64,000 nucleotides of DNA, from the NCBI GenBank assembly GCA_964016885.1, contig OZ024764.1, positions 12,896,001 to 12,960,000 on the forward strand, written 5' to 3'. Of the stretch, positions 29,443 to 43,042 are shown one piece after another. The position numbers and the translations under genes are program-made. The notes beneath the pieces were generated by a model that was given only the letters and a program-made list of their open reading frames with translations, made no database searches and was not told the origin of the DNA. The stretch comes from Eledone cirrhosa. Its lineage: Eukaryota. The first letter of the stretch is position 1; every line of letters starts with the position of its first letter.

Positions 29443-29703
29443 CGTGAACATAATTTTCTACACACCCTCATTTTATCCATTGTCAGTTTCTATTGGAAGC
29501 ATTCCAATTCTTATCATCATCACCACCATCATCATCATCATCATCACCATCATCATCACCATCATCATCACCATCACCATCATCACCATCATCACCATCA
29601 TCATCACCATCACCATCATCATTATCACCATTGTTATCACCATCATTATCACATTAACTGTCAACACATTTTAAACACCTTTATAATTACTTCTTCGTGT
29701 GTA

Positions 29704-29774
<71 letters not shown>

Positions 29775-29823
29775 ATGTGTGTGTGTGTGCATATATATAT
29801 GTATATATATGTGTATACATATA

Positions 29824-29897
<74 letters not shown>

Positions 29898-30070
29898 TAT
29901 AGATATATACATACAAATATATATATATGTACATACATATATATCTATATATCTATACACATACACATATATATATATATATACACATATACACATGTCT
30001 GTATATGTATATGTATGTATATATGTATGGATATACACATATGCATACATATATACACACACACACACAT

Positions 30071-30102
<32 letters not shown>

Positions 30103-30155
30103 TATAATATTGTTTTTCAGGATTTTGTCTCATGGAAATCACTCTTCTTCCATTA

Positions 30156-30190
<35 letters not shown>

Positions 30191-30435
30191 CATTATAATA
30201 TCATCATCTCCATCATCATCATCATCATCACACCCATTCTCTGCATAATCACTGCCAATTCCACCACCACCACCATCATCACCACCATCAACACCACCAC
30301 CACCACCACCATCACTACCACCAACACCATCACCACCATATTCACCACAAACATCATTATGACTATTTTTTTTAATATTATTGTTGTTATTGTTGTAATT
30401 TGTGGTTGGCTGTATGTATGTATATAGTAATTATT

Positions 30436-30465
<30 letters not shown>

Positions 30466-30469
<4 letters not shown>

Positions 30470-33400
30470 TGTGTGTGTATGTGTGTGAGTGAGTGTATGT
30501 GTGTGTGTGTGTGAATGTGTGTGAGTGTGTGTGAATCTGTGTGAGTGTGAGTGAGTGTGTGTGAGTGTGATTGTGAGTGTGTGATTATGAGTGTGTGTGT
30601 GAGTGTCTGTGTGTGTGTGTGAGTGTGTGTGATTGTGAGTCTGTGTGAGTGTGTATGATTGTGAGTCTGTGTGTGTGAGTGTGAGAGTGTCTGTGTGTGT
30701 GTGTGAGTGTGTGTGATTGTGAGTCTGTGTGAGTGTGTATGATTGTGAGTCTGTGTGTGTGAGTGTGAGAGTGTCTGTGTGTGTGTGTGAGTGTGTGTGA
30801 TTGTGAGTCTGTGTGAGTGTGTATGATTGTGAGTCTGTGTGTGTGAGTGTGAGAGTGTCTGTGTGTGTGTGTGAGTGTGTGTGATTGTGAGTCTGTGTGA
30901 GTGTGTATGATTGTGAGTCTGTGTGTGTGAGTGTGAGAGTGTCTGTGTGTGTGTGTGTGAGTGTGTGTGATTGTGAGTCTGTGTGTGTGTGTGTGTGAGT
31001 GAGTGTATGTGTGACTGTGTGTGAGGGAGTATGTGCTGGAGGAGGTGTATGTCTGTGTGTGTGTGTGTGTGTATCTGGGTGTGTGTGGGAGAGAATGTGT
31101 GTGAGAGTGTGTGTGTGTATATTTGTCTACGTGTCTGTGTGAGTGTGTGTGAGAATATGTGTGAATGTGTGCGGGAGTGTGTGTGTGTGACAATATGTGT
31201 GTGAATGGTTGTGTGAGAGAGAGACTGTATGTGTGTGTATATGTGTGTGTGTGTGAGTGTGTGTGTGAGAAAGTGAGTATGTGTGTGTGTGTGTGTGTGA
31301 CAATATGTGTCTCTGTGTGTGTGAGTGGATGTGTGAGAGAGAGAGACTGTATGTGTGTGTGTGTATGTGTGTGAGAAAGTGAGTATGTGTGTGTATATGT
31401 GTGTGTGACAATATGTGTCTCTGTGTGTGTGAGTGGATGTGTGAGAGAGAGAGACTGTATGTGTGTGTATGTGTGTGCGTGTGAGTGTGTGTGACAATAT
31501 GTGTGAGAGAGGGACTGTATGTGTGTGCATATTTATGTGTGTGTGTGTGTGAGTGTGTGTGACAATAGGTGTCTGTGTGTGTGAGTGGATGTGTGAGAGA
31601 GAGACTGTGTGTGTGTGTGTGTGTGAGAAAGTGAGTATGTGTGTGTATATGTGTGTGTGTGAGTGTGTGTGACAATATGTGTCTCTGTGTGTGTGAGTGG
31701 ATGTGTGAGAGAGAGAGACTGTATGTGTGTGTATATGTGTGTGTGTGTGAGTGTGTGTGTGTGAGAAAGTGAGTATGTGTGTGTATATGTGTGTGTGTGA
31801 GTGTGTGTGACAATATGTGTCTCTCTGTGTGTGAGTGGATGTGTGAGAGAGAGAGACTGTATGTGTGTGTGTGTATGTGTGTGAGAAAGTGAGTATGTGT
31901 GTGTATATGTGTGTGTGACAATATGTGTCTCTGTGTGTGTGAGTGGATGTGTGAGAGAGAGAGACTGTATGTGTGTGTATGTGTGTGTGCGTGTGAGAGT
32001 GTCTGTGTGTGTGTGTGAGTGTGTGTGATTGTGAGTCTGTGTGAGTGTGTATGATTGTGAGTCTGTGTGTGTGAGTGTGAGAGTGTCTGTGTGTGTGTGT
32101 GTGAGTGTGTGTGATTGTGAGTCTGTGTGTGTGTGTGTGTGAGTGAGTGTATGTGTGACTGTGTGTGAGGGAGTATGTGCTGGAGGAGGTGTATGTCTGT
32201 GTGTGTGTGTGTGTGTATCTGGGTGTGTGTGGGAGAGAATGTGTGTGAGAGTGTGTGTGTGTATATTTGTCTACGTGTCTGTGTGAGTGTGTGTGAGAAT
32301 ATGTGTGAATGTGTGCGGGAGTGTGTGTGTGTGACAATATGTGTGTGAATGGTTGTGTGAGAGAGAGACTGTATGTGTGTGTATATGTGTGTGTGTGTGA
32401 GTGTGTGTGTGAGAAAGTGAGTATGTGTGTGTGTGTGTGTGTGACAATATGTGTCTCTGTGTGTGTGAGTGGATGTGTGAGAGAGAGAGACTGTATGTGT
32501 GTGTGTGTATGTGTGTGAGAAAGTGAGTATGTGTGTGTATATGTGTGTGTGACAATATGTGTCTCTGTGTGTGTGAGTGGATGTGTGAGAGAGAGAGACT
32601 GTATGTGTGTGTATGTGTGTGCGTGTGAGTGTGTGTGACAATATGTGTGAGAGAGGGACTGTATGTGTGTGCATATTTATGTGTGTGTGTGTGTGAGTGT
32701 GTGTGACAATAGGTGTCTGTGTGTGTGAGTGGATGTGTGAGAGAGAGACTGTGTGTGTGTGTGTGTGTGAGAAAGTGAGTATGTGTGTGTATATGTGTGT
32801 GTGTGAGTGTGTGTGACAATATGTGTCTCTGTGTGTGTGAGTGGATGTGTGAGAGAGAGAGACTGTATGTGTGTGTATATGTGTGTGTGTGTGAGTGTGT
32901 GTGTGTGAGAAAGTGAGTATGTGTGTGTATATGTGTGTGTGTGAGTGTGTGTGACAATATGTGTCTCTCTGTGTGTGAGTGGATGTGTGAGAGAGAGAGA
33001 CTGTATGTGTGTGTGTGTATGTGTGTGAGAAAGTGAGTATGTGTGTGTATATGTGTGTGTGACAATATGTGTCTCTGTGTGTGTGAGTGGATGTGTGAGA
33101 GAGAGAGACTGTATGTGTGTGTATGTGTGTGTGCGTGTGAGAGTGTCTGTGTGTGTGTGTGAGTGTGTGTGATTGTGAGTCTGTGTGAGTGTGTATGATT
33201 GTGAGTCTGTGTGTGTGAGTGTGAGAGTGTCTGTGTGTGTGTGTGTGAGTGTGTGTGATTGTGAGTCTGTGTGTGTGTGTGTGTGAGTGAGTGTATGTGT
33301 GACTGTGTGTGAGGGAGTATGTGCTGGAGGAGGTGTATGTCTGTGTGTGTGTGTGTGTGTATCTGGGTGTGTGTGGGAGAGAATGTGTGTGAGAGTGTGT

Positions 33401-34945
33401 GTGTGTATATTTGTCTACGTGTCTGTGTGAGTGTGTGTGAGAATATGTGTGAATGTGTGCGGGAGTGTGTGTGTGTGACAATATGTGTGTGAATGGTTGT
33501 GTGAGAGAGAGACTGTATGTGTGTGTATATGTGTGTGTGTGTGAGTGTGTGTGTGAGAAAGTGAGTATGTGTGTGTGTGTGTGTGTGACAATATGTGTCT
33601 CTGTGTGTGTGAGTGGATGTGTGAGAGAGAGAGACTGTATGTGTGTGTGTGTATGTGTGTGAGAAAGTGAGTATGTGTGTGTATATGTGTGTGTGACAAT
33701 ATGTGTCTCTGTGTGTGTGAGTGGATGTGTGAGAGAGAGAGACTGTATGTGTGTGTATGTGTGTGCGTGTGAGTGTGTGTGACAATATGTGTGAGAGAGG
33801 GACTGTATGTGTGTGCATATTTATGTGTGTGTGTGTGTGAGTGTGTGTGACAATAGGTGTCTGTGTGTGTGAGTGGATGTGTGAGAGAGAGACTGTGTGT
33901 GTGTGTGTGTGTGAGAAAGTGAGTATGTGTGTGTATATGTGTGTGTGTGAGTGTGTGTGACAATATGTGTCTCTGTGTGTGTGAGTGGATGTGTGAGAGA
34001 GAGAGACTGTATGTGTGTGTATATGTGTGTGTGTGTGAGTGTGTGTGTGTGAGAAAGTGAGTATGTGTGTGTATATGTGTGTGTGTGAGTGTGTGTGACA
34101 ATATGTGTCTCTCTGTGTGTGAGTGGATGTGTGAGAGAGAGAGACTGTATGTGTGTGTGTGTATGTGTGTGAGAAAGTGAGTATGTGTGTGTATATGTGT
34201 GTGTGACAATATGTGTCTCTGTGTGTGTGAGTGGATGTGTGAGAGAGAGAGACTGTATGTGTGTGTATGTGTGTGTGCGTGTGAGTGTGTGTGACAATAT
34301 GTGTGTGAGAGAGGGACTGTATGTGTGTGCATATTTATGTGTGTGTGTGTGTGTGTGTGAGTGTGTGTGACAATAGGTGTCTGTGTGTGTGAGTGGATGT
34401 GTGAGAGAGAGACTGTGTGTGTGTGTGTATGTGAGAAAGTGAGTATGTGTGTGTATATGTGTGTGTGTGAGTGTGTGTGACAATATGTGTCTCTGTGTGT
34501 GTGAGTGGATGTGTGAGAGAGAGAGACTGTATGTGTGTGTATATGTGTGTGTGTGTGAGTGTGTGTGTGAGAAAGTGAGTATGTGTGTGTGTGTGTGTGT
34601 GACAATATGTGTCTCTGTGTGTGTGAGTGGATGTGTGAGAGAGAGAGACTGTATGTGTGTGTGTGTATGTGTGTGAGAAAGTGAGTATGTGTGTGTATAT
34701 GTGTGTGTGACAATATGTGTCTCTGTGTGTGTGAGTGGATGTGTGAGAGAGAGAGACTGTATGTGTGTGTGTGTGTATGTGTGTGAGAAAGTGAGTATGT
34801 GTGTGTATATGTGTGTGTGACAATATGTGTCTCTGTGTGTGTGAGTGGATGTGTGAGAGAGAGAGACTGTACGTGTGTGTGTGTGTGTGTGTGAGAAAGT
34901 GAGTATGTGTGTGTATATGTGTGTGTATATGTGTGTGAGTATATA
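30466..34945. repeat. (GT)n-rich complex satellite with 1144-bp higher-order repeat (x3)
   Basis: Landmark gagggagtatgtgctggaggagg at 31023, 32167, 33311; identical ORF-track peptides offset by 1144. Confidence 0.92.
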
Positions 34946-35256
34946 TATGTATATATTTGGCGCAGAATCCTTATAAGTGTTCGTCTCTCCTGAACTTCTG
35001 CACCAGTGAGTCTGCTCTAGTGAAACCTGAAAACCTAACGCAACACAACAACACAACCATAACAACAACACAACAACACCACCATAACAACACAACACAA
35101 CCATAACAACAACACAACAACACCACCATAACAACACAACACAACCATAACAACAACACAACACCACCAGAGACTGCCAATCCACCGCCCTTATATATAT
35201 ATAATAATCTCCGCCTTTATATATATATAATAACCGCCCTTATATATATATAATAA

Positions 35257-35371
35257 TCTCTGATGATATGGGATCGATTGTGCATTGGATATCGAATGCT
35301 TTACTAAATATATAATATTATAGATGTAGCGAGATCTAGGCAAATTGATGTCTATTGAAACGTACGTAAGA
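35257..35371 (+). ncRNA. Candidate type I hammerhead ribozyme with long stem II domain
   Basis: tct-CTGATGA-(90 nt, closed by atgggatcgatt/aattgatgtctat)-GAAA-c[gtac]g-TA-aga, then AATAAA at 35376; stem I only 3 bp. Confidence 0.6.
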
Positions 35372-35415
35372 ACCGAATAAATCTCTTTTACTGCATCTTT
35401 CTGTTCTTTTTAATT

Positions 35416-35448
<33 letters not shown>

Positions 35449-35452
<4 letters not shown>

Positions 35453-35949
35453 GGAGGTGAGTTTTATTGTAGTACAATAAAGCAATGCAGATATCGGATA
35501 AGAAGCACTCTACAGTTTGTAGGACTGGAGTATACATAATATATAAGATCAAAAGATGGTTAAATGAGTTCCATGTATTTTATTATGTGCATTTCAAAAA
35601 CAAATATCATCATGCAATAACATTTGTGTTTTCATCAAATAATATAGGAGGACATGATATGAAGGTTAAAAACACTTGTGGATAGTGCAGTTTATGTTGA
35701 TTTAAAACTGCACTATCCACAAGTGTTTTTTAACCTTCATATCATGTCTTCCTATTTTATCTGATGAAAACACAAATGTTATTGCATGATGATATTTGTT
35801 TTTGAAATGCGCATAATAAAATACATGGAACTCATTTAACCATCTTTTGATCTTATATATTATGTATACTCCAGTCCTACAAACTGTAGAGTGCTTCTTA
35901 TCTGATATCTGCATTGCTTTATTGTACTACAATAAAACTCACCTCCTAC

Positions 35950-35950
<1 letters not shown>
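35449..35950. mobile_element. Fold-back element, ~245-bp inverted arms, carrying HHR family E (PLE pLTR-like)
   Basis: 35449-35692 is a near-perfect reverse complement of 35705-35950; flanked by (TA)n; minus arm core decayed to TTGATGA. Confidence 0.8.
35753..35823 (+). ncRNA. Minimal type I hammerhead ribozyme (family E)
   Basis: tattttat-CTGATGA-aaacacaaatgt..atatttgttttt-GAAA-t[gcgc]a-TA-ataaaata; 8-bp stem I, palindromic GCGC tetraloop. Confidence 0.88.
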
Positions 35951-35981
<31 letters not shown>

Positions 35982-36435
35982 GATAATGGCTGCAACTCAA
36001 TTCCAAGCAATGCCATCGCTTGATACTTAAACATGAGCATCAGAGACGTGGCTTTTTAGTCCTGCTAGGGACTTGCCTATGGCCAGCAATACCATGCATT
36101 GCCAAAAAATGTCACATATCAAGCGATGCCTGTGTTTGAAGCTTTTTTAAGTGAGGAAAGGTTTTGTACAGAGTAATCCCACTCTCTGAACATCAAATGT
36201 ATTTATCCAAAAAGAAGAACTGGTCTACATCATTGGATATAATGGTTTTATATCAGAGTAACCTTCTCTCCTAGAGAGATGTCTTAATGAAGAGTAGGGG
36301 TCACTCGCTCTACAAAAAAAAAAAAAAAAAGGTAAAAGCTTATTGTTGTTGTTGTTGTTGTCACAGCTCACACCTATGCAGGTTTAGCTAGCCTCCTCCA
36401 AGGTATATCTCGGTGGAGGTGTCTTCGGTGATTTA

Positions 36436-36880
36436 ATGATAGGGACCCCAGTCCTATCATCTCATTTCTACAGCTGAGTAAACTGGAGCAACGTAAAATA
36501 AAGTGTCTTGTTCAAGGAAACAACACATCGCCCGGTCCGAGAATTGAACTCACAACCTTTTGATTGCAAGCCCAATGCTCGAACCACTAAGCCATGTGCC
36601 TTCACTACAGCTGAGTAAACTGGAGCAATGTGAAATAAAGTGTCTTGCTCAAGGACACAACACATCACCCGGTCTGAGAATTGAACTCACAACCTTTCGA
36701 TTGCAAGGCCAATGCTCTAACCACTATGCCATGTGCCTTCACTAAAGTTGAGTAAAACTGGAGCAATGTGAAATAAAGTGTCTTGCTCAAGGAAACAACA
36801 CATCACCCGGTCTAAGAATTGACCTCACAACCTTTCGATTGCTAGGCTAATGCTCTAACCACTAAGCCATGTGCCTCCAT
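36436..36880 (-). mobile_element. Three tandem S2 SINE heads (~137 bp each)
   Basis: Repeated tRNA head plus core units; other S2 copies at 37735-38050(+), 38623-38742(+), 46305-46414(+), 48841-49195(-), 55888-56042(-). Confidence 0.85.
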
Positions 36881-37080
36881 CTGGATTTATAAAGAGCTCA
36901 GAATTTATTCCCTGGGCTCATTAAATAATAGGGGATTAATGAGTTTTTAATTCTGTTTTTTAATTTGAGATATATATATCGTACTCCTGAAGAAGGGCTG
37001 AAGCCTGACACATAGAAATTTTTTTCCCCTTTTAAGCGTGAAACTAATAAGACTTTTGTATTTGTTTTGTTGTTTCATTG

Positions 37081-37118
<38 letters not shown>

Positions 37119-37213
37119 ATATTTTTATATATATACACTCACCTATGCACATGTGTGCGCATATATATATGTATATATATGTCTATATATATATATGCAT
37201 GCATATGTGTATG

Positions 37214-37279
<66 letters not shown>

Positions 37280-37574
37280 TACATATATATATGTGTGTGT
37301 GTGTGTATATATAATATATACATGTATACATATTTATATATATGCATGTATACATATTTATATACACATGTGCCTAAGTGTGGTAATGTATGTGTAAGTG
37401 TGTAGAATGTATAAAAAACACAACCACAAATAACTTGAAAGAATCTTCAGGTGTCTTTCTGGAACAATCCAGAAATATATATATATAAATAATATACACA
37501 CTAGATACTGACAGTTGATAAGGAGAAATATATTACTGGAAGTAAACAATACATTTTTTTAATATATATCTATC

Positions 37575-37611
<37 letters not shown>

Positions 37612-38138
37612 ATTGGATCAAGTATGAAATCTGTAGAAATTTGTTTTATTTCTACAATTTTCTACAAATTTCACACGTGACGACCCAACATCGTGTGTGT
37701 GTAGATTATGTGTATATATATATATATTAGATCATTTGGCTTGCAATCGAAAGGTTGTGAGTTCAAATATCAGACTGGGTGATGTGTTGTTTCCTTGAGC
37801 AAGACACTTTATTTCACATTGCTCCAGTTTACTCAGCTGTAGAAATGAGATGATAAGGACTGGGGTCCATATCATTCCACTGCAAAGTGGTCGTGGAGGT
37901 GCCACAGCAAAAAAGCACCCAGCACTCACTGTAAATGAGGTTGGTGTTAGGAAGGGCATCCAGCTGTAGAAATCAAGCCAGAATCAGTTCCCGTCCCACC
38001 CTTGCATGCAGGGAAAAGCGGACATAAAATTATGATGATGATGATGATGTGGATATATATATGCTTATATATGTGTATATACATATGTATTATATATATT
38101 TACATATATATATAAATGTATGCGTGTGTGTGTATGTT

Positions 38139-38180
<42 letters not shown>

Positions 38181-38238
38181 TAAACAAATAATGAATAAAA
38201 CAATGAAACAGTTCCTTATATTAAACAAAAAAAGTTCA

Positions 38239-38385
38239 TTATTTAACGATCGTTTCTAGGATATATATGTGTTAGAATTGGCATGCATATTCAACAGATC
38301 TATGTACAAAATTATACAAAATTATACAAACTATCAAGATTAAATATACATACCAAACACAGATATACGCCGTCTTCAGAAATAA
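38239..38385 (-). ncRNA. Type I hammerhead ribozyme with 116-nt stem II domain
   Basis: Minus strand ttattt-CTGAAGA-(116 nt incl. tatatctgtgtt/aacacatatata helix)-GAAA-c[gatc]g-TT-aaataa; 6-bp stem I, palindromic GATC loop, GUU triplet. Confidence 0.72.
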
Positions 38386-38493
38386 ATTCCATGATATCCG
38401 GAATACATTGAGTTCTTCATACGGATTGGACACTACCGTAAACTCTTGGTAGATTTATCTACATATATATATATATATATATTTATATATGTT

Positions 38494-38534
<41 letters not shown>

Positions 38535-38866
38535 GTTTGTGTGTATATATATATATACATATACCATCATCATTGTTCAGATGTTAAATGATGATGATAT
38601 ATATATATATGTATATATATATATGAAGGCACGTGGGTGAGTGGTAAGAGAATTGGATTCACAATCATGAGGTTGTGAGTTCGATTCCCAGACCAGGCGA
38701 TGTGTTATGTCCTTGAGCAAGACACTTTATTTCACGTTGCTCCTTCTACCTGGAGTTGCGACCGATAGATAGTATTAGCAACTGGAAAGAGCAATGGAAA
38801 CATTGTTTCCTCGGTCCGATTTGACGAAACTTCATCGACTGTCGATATATATGTTTATATATATAT

Positions 38867-40131
38867 AAAGTTCAGAGAGCTTATACCACTATTAGCTACT
38901 AAAGAGTTCTCCCTAAAAATGAAAGGCAGGCTTTATGATGCCTGCATACGAACAGCACTGGTCCCATCTGGGAAATGGCCATGCTCAGTGTGTAGGAAAG
39001 GAGTAGGTAGAAACTCCATTTTATGTCCCAAATGCAAAGTATGGGTGCATAAAAGATGTAGTGGGATCACAGGTAAGCTAACTAAGAACACAGATTTTAC
39101 ATGTGGCCGGTGCTCTGGTGCAATAAGTAGCAGCAAGTACCCACAAAATACTAGCTCATTCAACTGCGCAGAGGGCTCTATAGAAATAGTGGACAGCTTC
39201 CGTTACCTGGGTGACAAAATCAGCAGTGGGGGAGGGTGCTCTGAATGTACAGTAGCTAGAGTCAGAACTGGATGGAAAAAGTTCAGAGAGCTTATACCAC
39301 TATTAGCTGCTAAAGGGTTCTCCCTAAAAATGAAAGGCAGGCTGTATGATGCCTGCATACGAACAGCAATGTTACATGGCAGTGAGACCTGGGCATTGTG
39401 TGCAGAGGATATACGCAGACTGGAGAGGAACGAAGCTTGCATGCTCCGCTGGATGTGTAATAGTAATATACGTGAATGGCAAAGCATAAACGAACTAAGG
39501 GAGAAATTAGAAATAAGAGGGAACAGATGTTGTTTACTCGAGTGAAGACTACGTTGGTATGGTCACGTGATGCGCATGAAAGATGACAGCTGTATAAAAA
39601 AGTGCAGGGCAATAAAAATAGAAAAACCTGGGACGACTTGATAAATTCCGACCTCACACACTTACACTTCTCCAAGACAATGTCACTGGACCGAGATCTT
39701 TGGCGCTACACAGTAATACAGAAGACCCGCCTTACCTAAGTACAAAGTGAAACCTACTACAGTCAGTAGGCACCTCTAACAAAAATACACCCCCGTCCCA
39801 CTACCCCCACCCCATCCACACCACCCCTTTCAATGTAAAGTTATGTTGGTACCACAACATCCAGTCCAAAATAATTGAGGTTGCGTAGGTGTCACGACAA
39901 AAAAAAACACACTGTCCACGCTGTAATGTGGCCGTGTAGGTAACACGGTAAAAACCTCCCAGTCCACACTGTAAACGTGGTTGGTGTTGGGAAGGGCATC
40001 CAGCTGTAGAAAACCCGCCAGACAGTCCTATGCGAGGAAAACAACAAATCTTGCCTCAAGTGGGAAAACTCCCGTCCAAACCCATGCAAACGTGGAAGAT
40101 GGACGTTAAACGATGATGATGATGATGATGA

Positions 40132-40134
<3 letters not shown>
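38867..40134 (+). mobile_element. RTE-clade LINE 3' fragment (RT C-terminus with Cys-rich insert, 3'UTR, (GAT)n tail), decayed
   Basis: [51 protein letters not shown] motifs; in-frame stop and internal deletion; first ~90 bp duplicate 39278-39368. Confidence 0.9.
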
Positions 40135-40176
<42 letters not shown>

Positions 40177-40204
40177 AACACATGTACACATATATATCTA
40201 AATA

Positions 40205-40292
40205 TCTATCTAAGGCGGGGAAAATTCCCGAGATCCATGGACGAGTTCTCTCCAGCGGTATCTGTCCCTCATTATCGCTGCCATGTCCTGCA
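40205..40292 (-). mobile_element. Short RTE-like ORF C-terminal fragment
   Basis: Minus strand translates MQDMAAIMRDRYRWRELVHGSREFSPP*, the DR..WR..V ending typical of RTE ORFs. Confidence 0.55.
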
Positions 40293-40354
40293 TATACATA
40301 CCCACAGACACACATATATATATAACATATATATATATACATACACAGATACTT

Positions 40355-41645
40355 TTTTCCGTTTAAACTGGCTGTAACTGGCTACTGATGTTAGGTATTG
40401 TTCTTAAAATAAAAAATATCAGAATCTCATAGAGTCAATATTATATGACGTAAAGTCTTTACTGTGAAAATACAATAGTATATATAGAGTAATGTAAATG
40501 TTATGTGAGATATTATGTGAGGTAAAGCCTTTACTGTGAAAATACAATAGTATATATAGAGTAATGTAAATGTTATGAGATATTATGTGAGGTAAAACCT
40601 TTACTGTGACAATACAATAGTATATATAGAGTAATGTAAATGTTATGAGATATTATGTGAGGTAAAGACTTTACTGTGAAAATACAATAGTATATATAGA
40701 GTAATGTAAATGTTATGAGATATTATGTGAGGTAAAACCTTTACTGTGACAATACAATAGTATATATAGAGTAATGTAAATGTTATGAGATATTATGTGA
40801 GGTAAAGACTTTACTGTGAAAATACAATAGTATATATAGAGTAATGTAAATGTTATGAGATATTATGTGAGGTAAAACCTTTACTGTGACAATACAATAG
40901 TATATATAGAGTAATGTAAATGTTATGAGATATTATGTGAGGTAAAGACTTTACTGTGAAAATACAATAGTATATATAGAGTAATGTAAATGTCATGTGA
41001 GATATTATGTGAGGTAAAACCTTTACTGTGAAAATACAATAGTATATATAGAGTAATGTAAATGTTATGTGAGATATTATCTGAGGTAAAGCCTTTACTG
41101 TGACAATACAATAGTATATGTAGAGTAATGTAAATGTTATGTGAGATATTATGTGAGGTAAAGTCTTTACTGTGAAAATACAATAGTATATATAGAGTAA
41201 TGTAAATGTTATGTGAGATATTATGTGAGGTAAAGCCTTTACTGTGACAATACAATAGTGTATGTAGAGTAATGTAAATGTTATGTGAGATATTATGTGA
41301 GGTAAAGACTTTACTGTGAAAATACAATAGTATATATAGAGTAATGTAAATGTTATGTGAGGTATTATGTGAGGTAAAGCCTTTACTGTGAAAATACAAT
41401 AGTATATATAGAGTAATGTAAATGTTATGTGAGATATTATGTGAGGTAAAGTCTTTACTGTGAAAATACAATAGTATATATAGAGTAATGTAAATGTTAT
41501 GTGAGATATTATGTGAGGTAAAGTCTTTACTGTGAAAATACAATAGTATATATAGAGTAATGTAAATGTTATGTGAGATATTATGTGAGGTAAAGCCTTT
41601 ACCATGAAAATACAATAGTAAATATATAGTAATGTAAACGGTTAA
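40355..41645. repeat. Same MITE family, reverse orientation, internal 62/64-bp unit expanded to ~18-19 copies
   Basis: Unit is the reverse complement of 11235-11520; flank 40385-40445 matches 11515-11575. Confidence 0.85.
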
Positions 41646-41689
41646 ATTCTTCACAAAAAAGGGTTAAATTGTTTATATTCATTCAAAAA

Positions 41690-42115
41690 TCTAACATCAT
41701 TTTGTGTAAGAACCTTTGTTAAGTTATGTTCCAAACAATAATAATGATTTCAGTAAATCTTTCCAAATACATGTTTATTTCCAAAATCATAGACAGTGTC
41801 ATTCATTAGAAATAAAGTGTTTATATTTATCTAAAAACCTTCCATCATAATTTTATATAAGAACATTTGTTAAGTTATGTTCCAAACACCAACAGTGTCT
41901 TTCATTAGAAATATGGTAATGAAAGGGTTATTTATATAAAAACCTTCCATAATAATTTTATATTAGCACCTTTGTTAAGTTATATTCCAAACACCAACAG
42001 TGTCTTTCATTAGAAATATGGTTACGAAAGGGTTAAAGTGTTTATATTTATCTAAAAACCTTCCATCATAATTTTATTTACGAACCAGCCTTAAGTTATG
42101 TTCCAAACATCAACA
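41690..42115. repeat. Degenerate ~110-bp repeats with piggyBac-like end (..gaaagggTTAA); inverted relatives at 55275-55790
   Basis: aagttatgttccaaaca..tcattagaaatatggt..gaaagggtta repeated; reverse complement ttaaccctttcattaccatatttctaatg at 55286. Confidence 0.65.
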
Positions 42116-42525
42116 AGCTCTCACATCAGAGATATAACAAAGGAACAGTTAAAACAAAGATGGATATATATTATTTAAGGTGTGTGTGTGGGGGGGGGGG
42201 GCTATTTCTGACTATCTATAACCCCCACCCCCTACCCCCACCCCCTACCCCCACCCCCTGTTGAATGAAGCAGGTGTAGAAAAGGTATAAATAGACACTT
42301 CACACCTCACACCCCTCTCTCTCCCCACCACCACCACCACGGAGCACCACTACTATTCCTCCCCCTCCACCCTCCCCATGTCACTTTATGCTGTGCATAT
42401 ACTCCTCTTACTTCTACTCGTGTTGCTACTCTCTCACACAACCAACACACATCTATATTGCATACATACATACATGTCCTGTCTCTGTTCTCTTTCTTCA
42501 TATGTGTGTGTTGTGTGTGTGTTGA

Positions 42526-42680
<155 letters not shown>

Positions 42681-42712
42681 TATATATATATATATATATA
42701 TGTGTATATATA

Positions 42713-42772
<60 letters not shown>

Positions 42773-42808
42773 CAGATATATATATATATATGTGTGTATG
42801 TGTGTGCA

Positions 42809-42839
<31 letters not shown>

Positions 42840-42852
42840 GTATATGTATATG

Positions 42853-42885
<33 letters not shown>

Positions 42886-42998
42886 GTGTGTGTGTATATA
42901 TATATATATGCATGTATATGTATATATATATATATATACATACATATATACATATATATATGTATATGTATATATATATATGTATATATATATGCATG

Positions 42999-43042
<44 letters not shown>

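Noticed and set aside
36985-37020. CTGAAGA followed by a short hairpin (possible HHR)
   Set aside because: GACA instead of GAAA and no pairable stems I/III; at best a decayed remnant
38968-39115. PHD-finger-like Cys pattern suggesting a host chromatin gene
   Set aside because: It is embedded in the RTE ORF in three copies (also 28975 and 50460-50600), so it is part of the retroelement
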